NCBI GenBank assembly: GCA_951406725.2
Contig: OX597815.1
Location: 168,392,001-168,456,000 of the forward strand
DNA length: 64,000 nucleotides
Reading direction: 5' to 3'
DNA from: Octopus vulgaris
Taxonomy: Eukaryota
The notes beneath the pieces are model-generated. The model worked only from the letters and a program-made list of their open reading frames with translations, did not search any database and was not told the origin of the DNA. The position numbers were made by a program, and so were the translations under genes. Of this stretch, positions 63,233 to 64,000 are shown piece by piece (the stretch's first letter is position 1; every line of letters begins with the position of its first letter).

Positions 63233-64000
63233 TTAATCTCAAATCTGACCTGGTTAAATAACAATATTCCTATAAACTTCTAGTAACTTGTGTGTTGAAA
63301 GAATTTAAGAGTTCAAAGTTTTCTTTCTTTCAATAAGATGCATTCAATGACAAAATGACGTTTTAAAAATCACTAAGTTTGAAGAAAAACATTTAAAATC
63401 TTAGTAAATATTTTAAATATGAACTATAAACTCTACAAAGATTCTCTGATGAGAACTGAATAATTAGAAATGAGCATCTCTGCATTGTAGAAAGACAAAA
63501 ATTTTGATTTCAAAAAATCATAAAAATCTATCATTTAGACAATAGAATCCTTTATATCTGTAACTGACTTCAACTCTGCTTTCAATGAACATACACAATG
63601 AATCTCACAACTTGAGATTTCTGAGATAAGGCTGGAGGGATTGATCAAATAAGGATTCAGTGACGATTATACAGTTTGTCTGTTATTTAGTGAATCATAA
63701 TGATGTTTTTCAGACTTTTTTTATATCATTTTTTATTTCTTTCAGTCATTAGACTTCCTTGAAGAATTTTAACAAATCAATGCCAGTACTTTTTATTTTT
63801 AAGCCTGGTATATATCATATTGGCCTCTTTTGCTGAACCATTAAGTTACAGAGACATAAACAAACCAATACTGGTTGTCAAGCAGTGGGGGGGGGGACAA
63901 AGGAACAAAGGTACACACACATACACACAACAGGTGTCTTTCAGTTTTCATCTACCAAATCTATTCACAAGGCTTTGGTTCGCCCGAGGCTATAAGTAGA

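Larger units (their letters stand above)
57539..63700 (-). mobile_element. Decayed Ty3/Gypsy LTR retrotransposon (gag-PR-RT-RH-IN), interrupted by SINEs and MITEs
   Basis: Manual minus-strand translation: zinc-knuckle remnant near 62130-62190; protease FIIDSRAT..LID (61418-61441), CLLG, PEVFKGI, VKPVIQPV; RNase H VDDSPV.L and VILYASNTLSKVEQ.YSQ (60085-60245); IN LLGN.IIIP, GMGKTK.LL..VW.P, LDFKSQL.SG, GIPK..VS, RNTPY; many stops; gag-side boundary uncertain. Confidence 0.85.

Overview
AT-rich, repeat-dense animal genomic DNA. The SINE families and (TA)n/(CA)n microsatellite load look like an octopus or other coleoid cephalopod, which is an inference from recalled repeat families. One host gene is well supported: eight + strand GT-AG exons between 13298 and 36516 splice in consistent phase into 269 aa resembling the FERM-like (F1-F2-F3) module of the SNX17/SNX27/SNX31 family, ending in ...TNPLFGYGSLT*. 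Its 5' exons (PX/PDZ domains) were not found. The rest is mostly transposon debris: three Penelope-like lineages (Penelope/Poseidon-type 4.45-6.7 kb, Naiad-type 30.5-32.5 kb, Neptune-type EN fragment at 40.3 kb), an RTE LINE, a decayed Ty3/Gypsy element (57.5-63.7 kb, minus strand), a full-length DD37E/TRT element, mariner and maT fragments, hAT/piggyBac/Helitron-type MITEs and many tRNA-derived SINEs. The most unusual signals are: (i) a tRNA-headed SINE-like unit whose tail is a Penelope pseudo-LTR containing a hammerhead ribozyme motif, arranged as a head-to-head inverted dimer; (ii) several unrelated short elements in or beside (TA)n tracts that each carry a hammerhead-like fold; (iii) a Naiad GIY-YIG endonuclease split in frame by about 200 N/S/T-rich residues; (iv) a 331-bp near-perfect palindrome in an intron. 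Nearly all ORFs in the supplied track are repeat or microsatellite artefacts. Repeat boundaries are approximate unless termini are stated.
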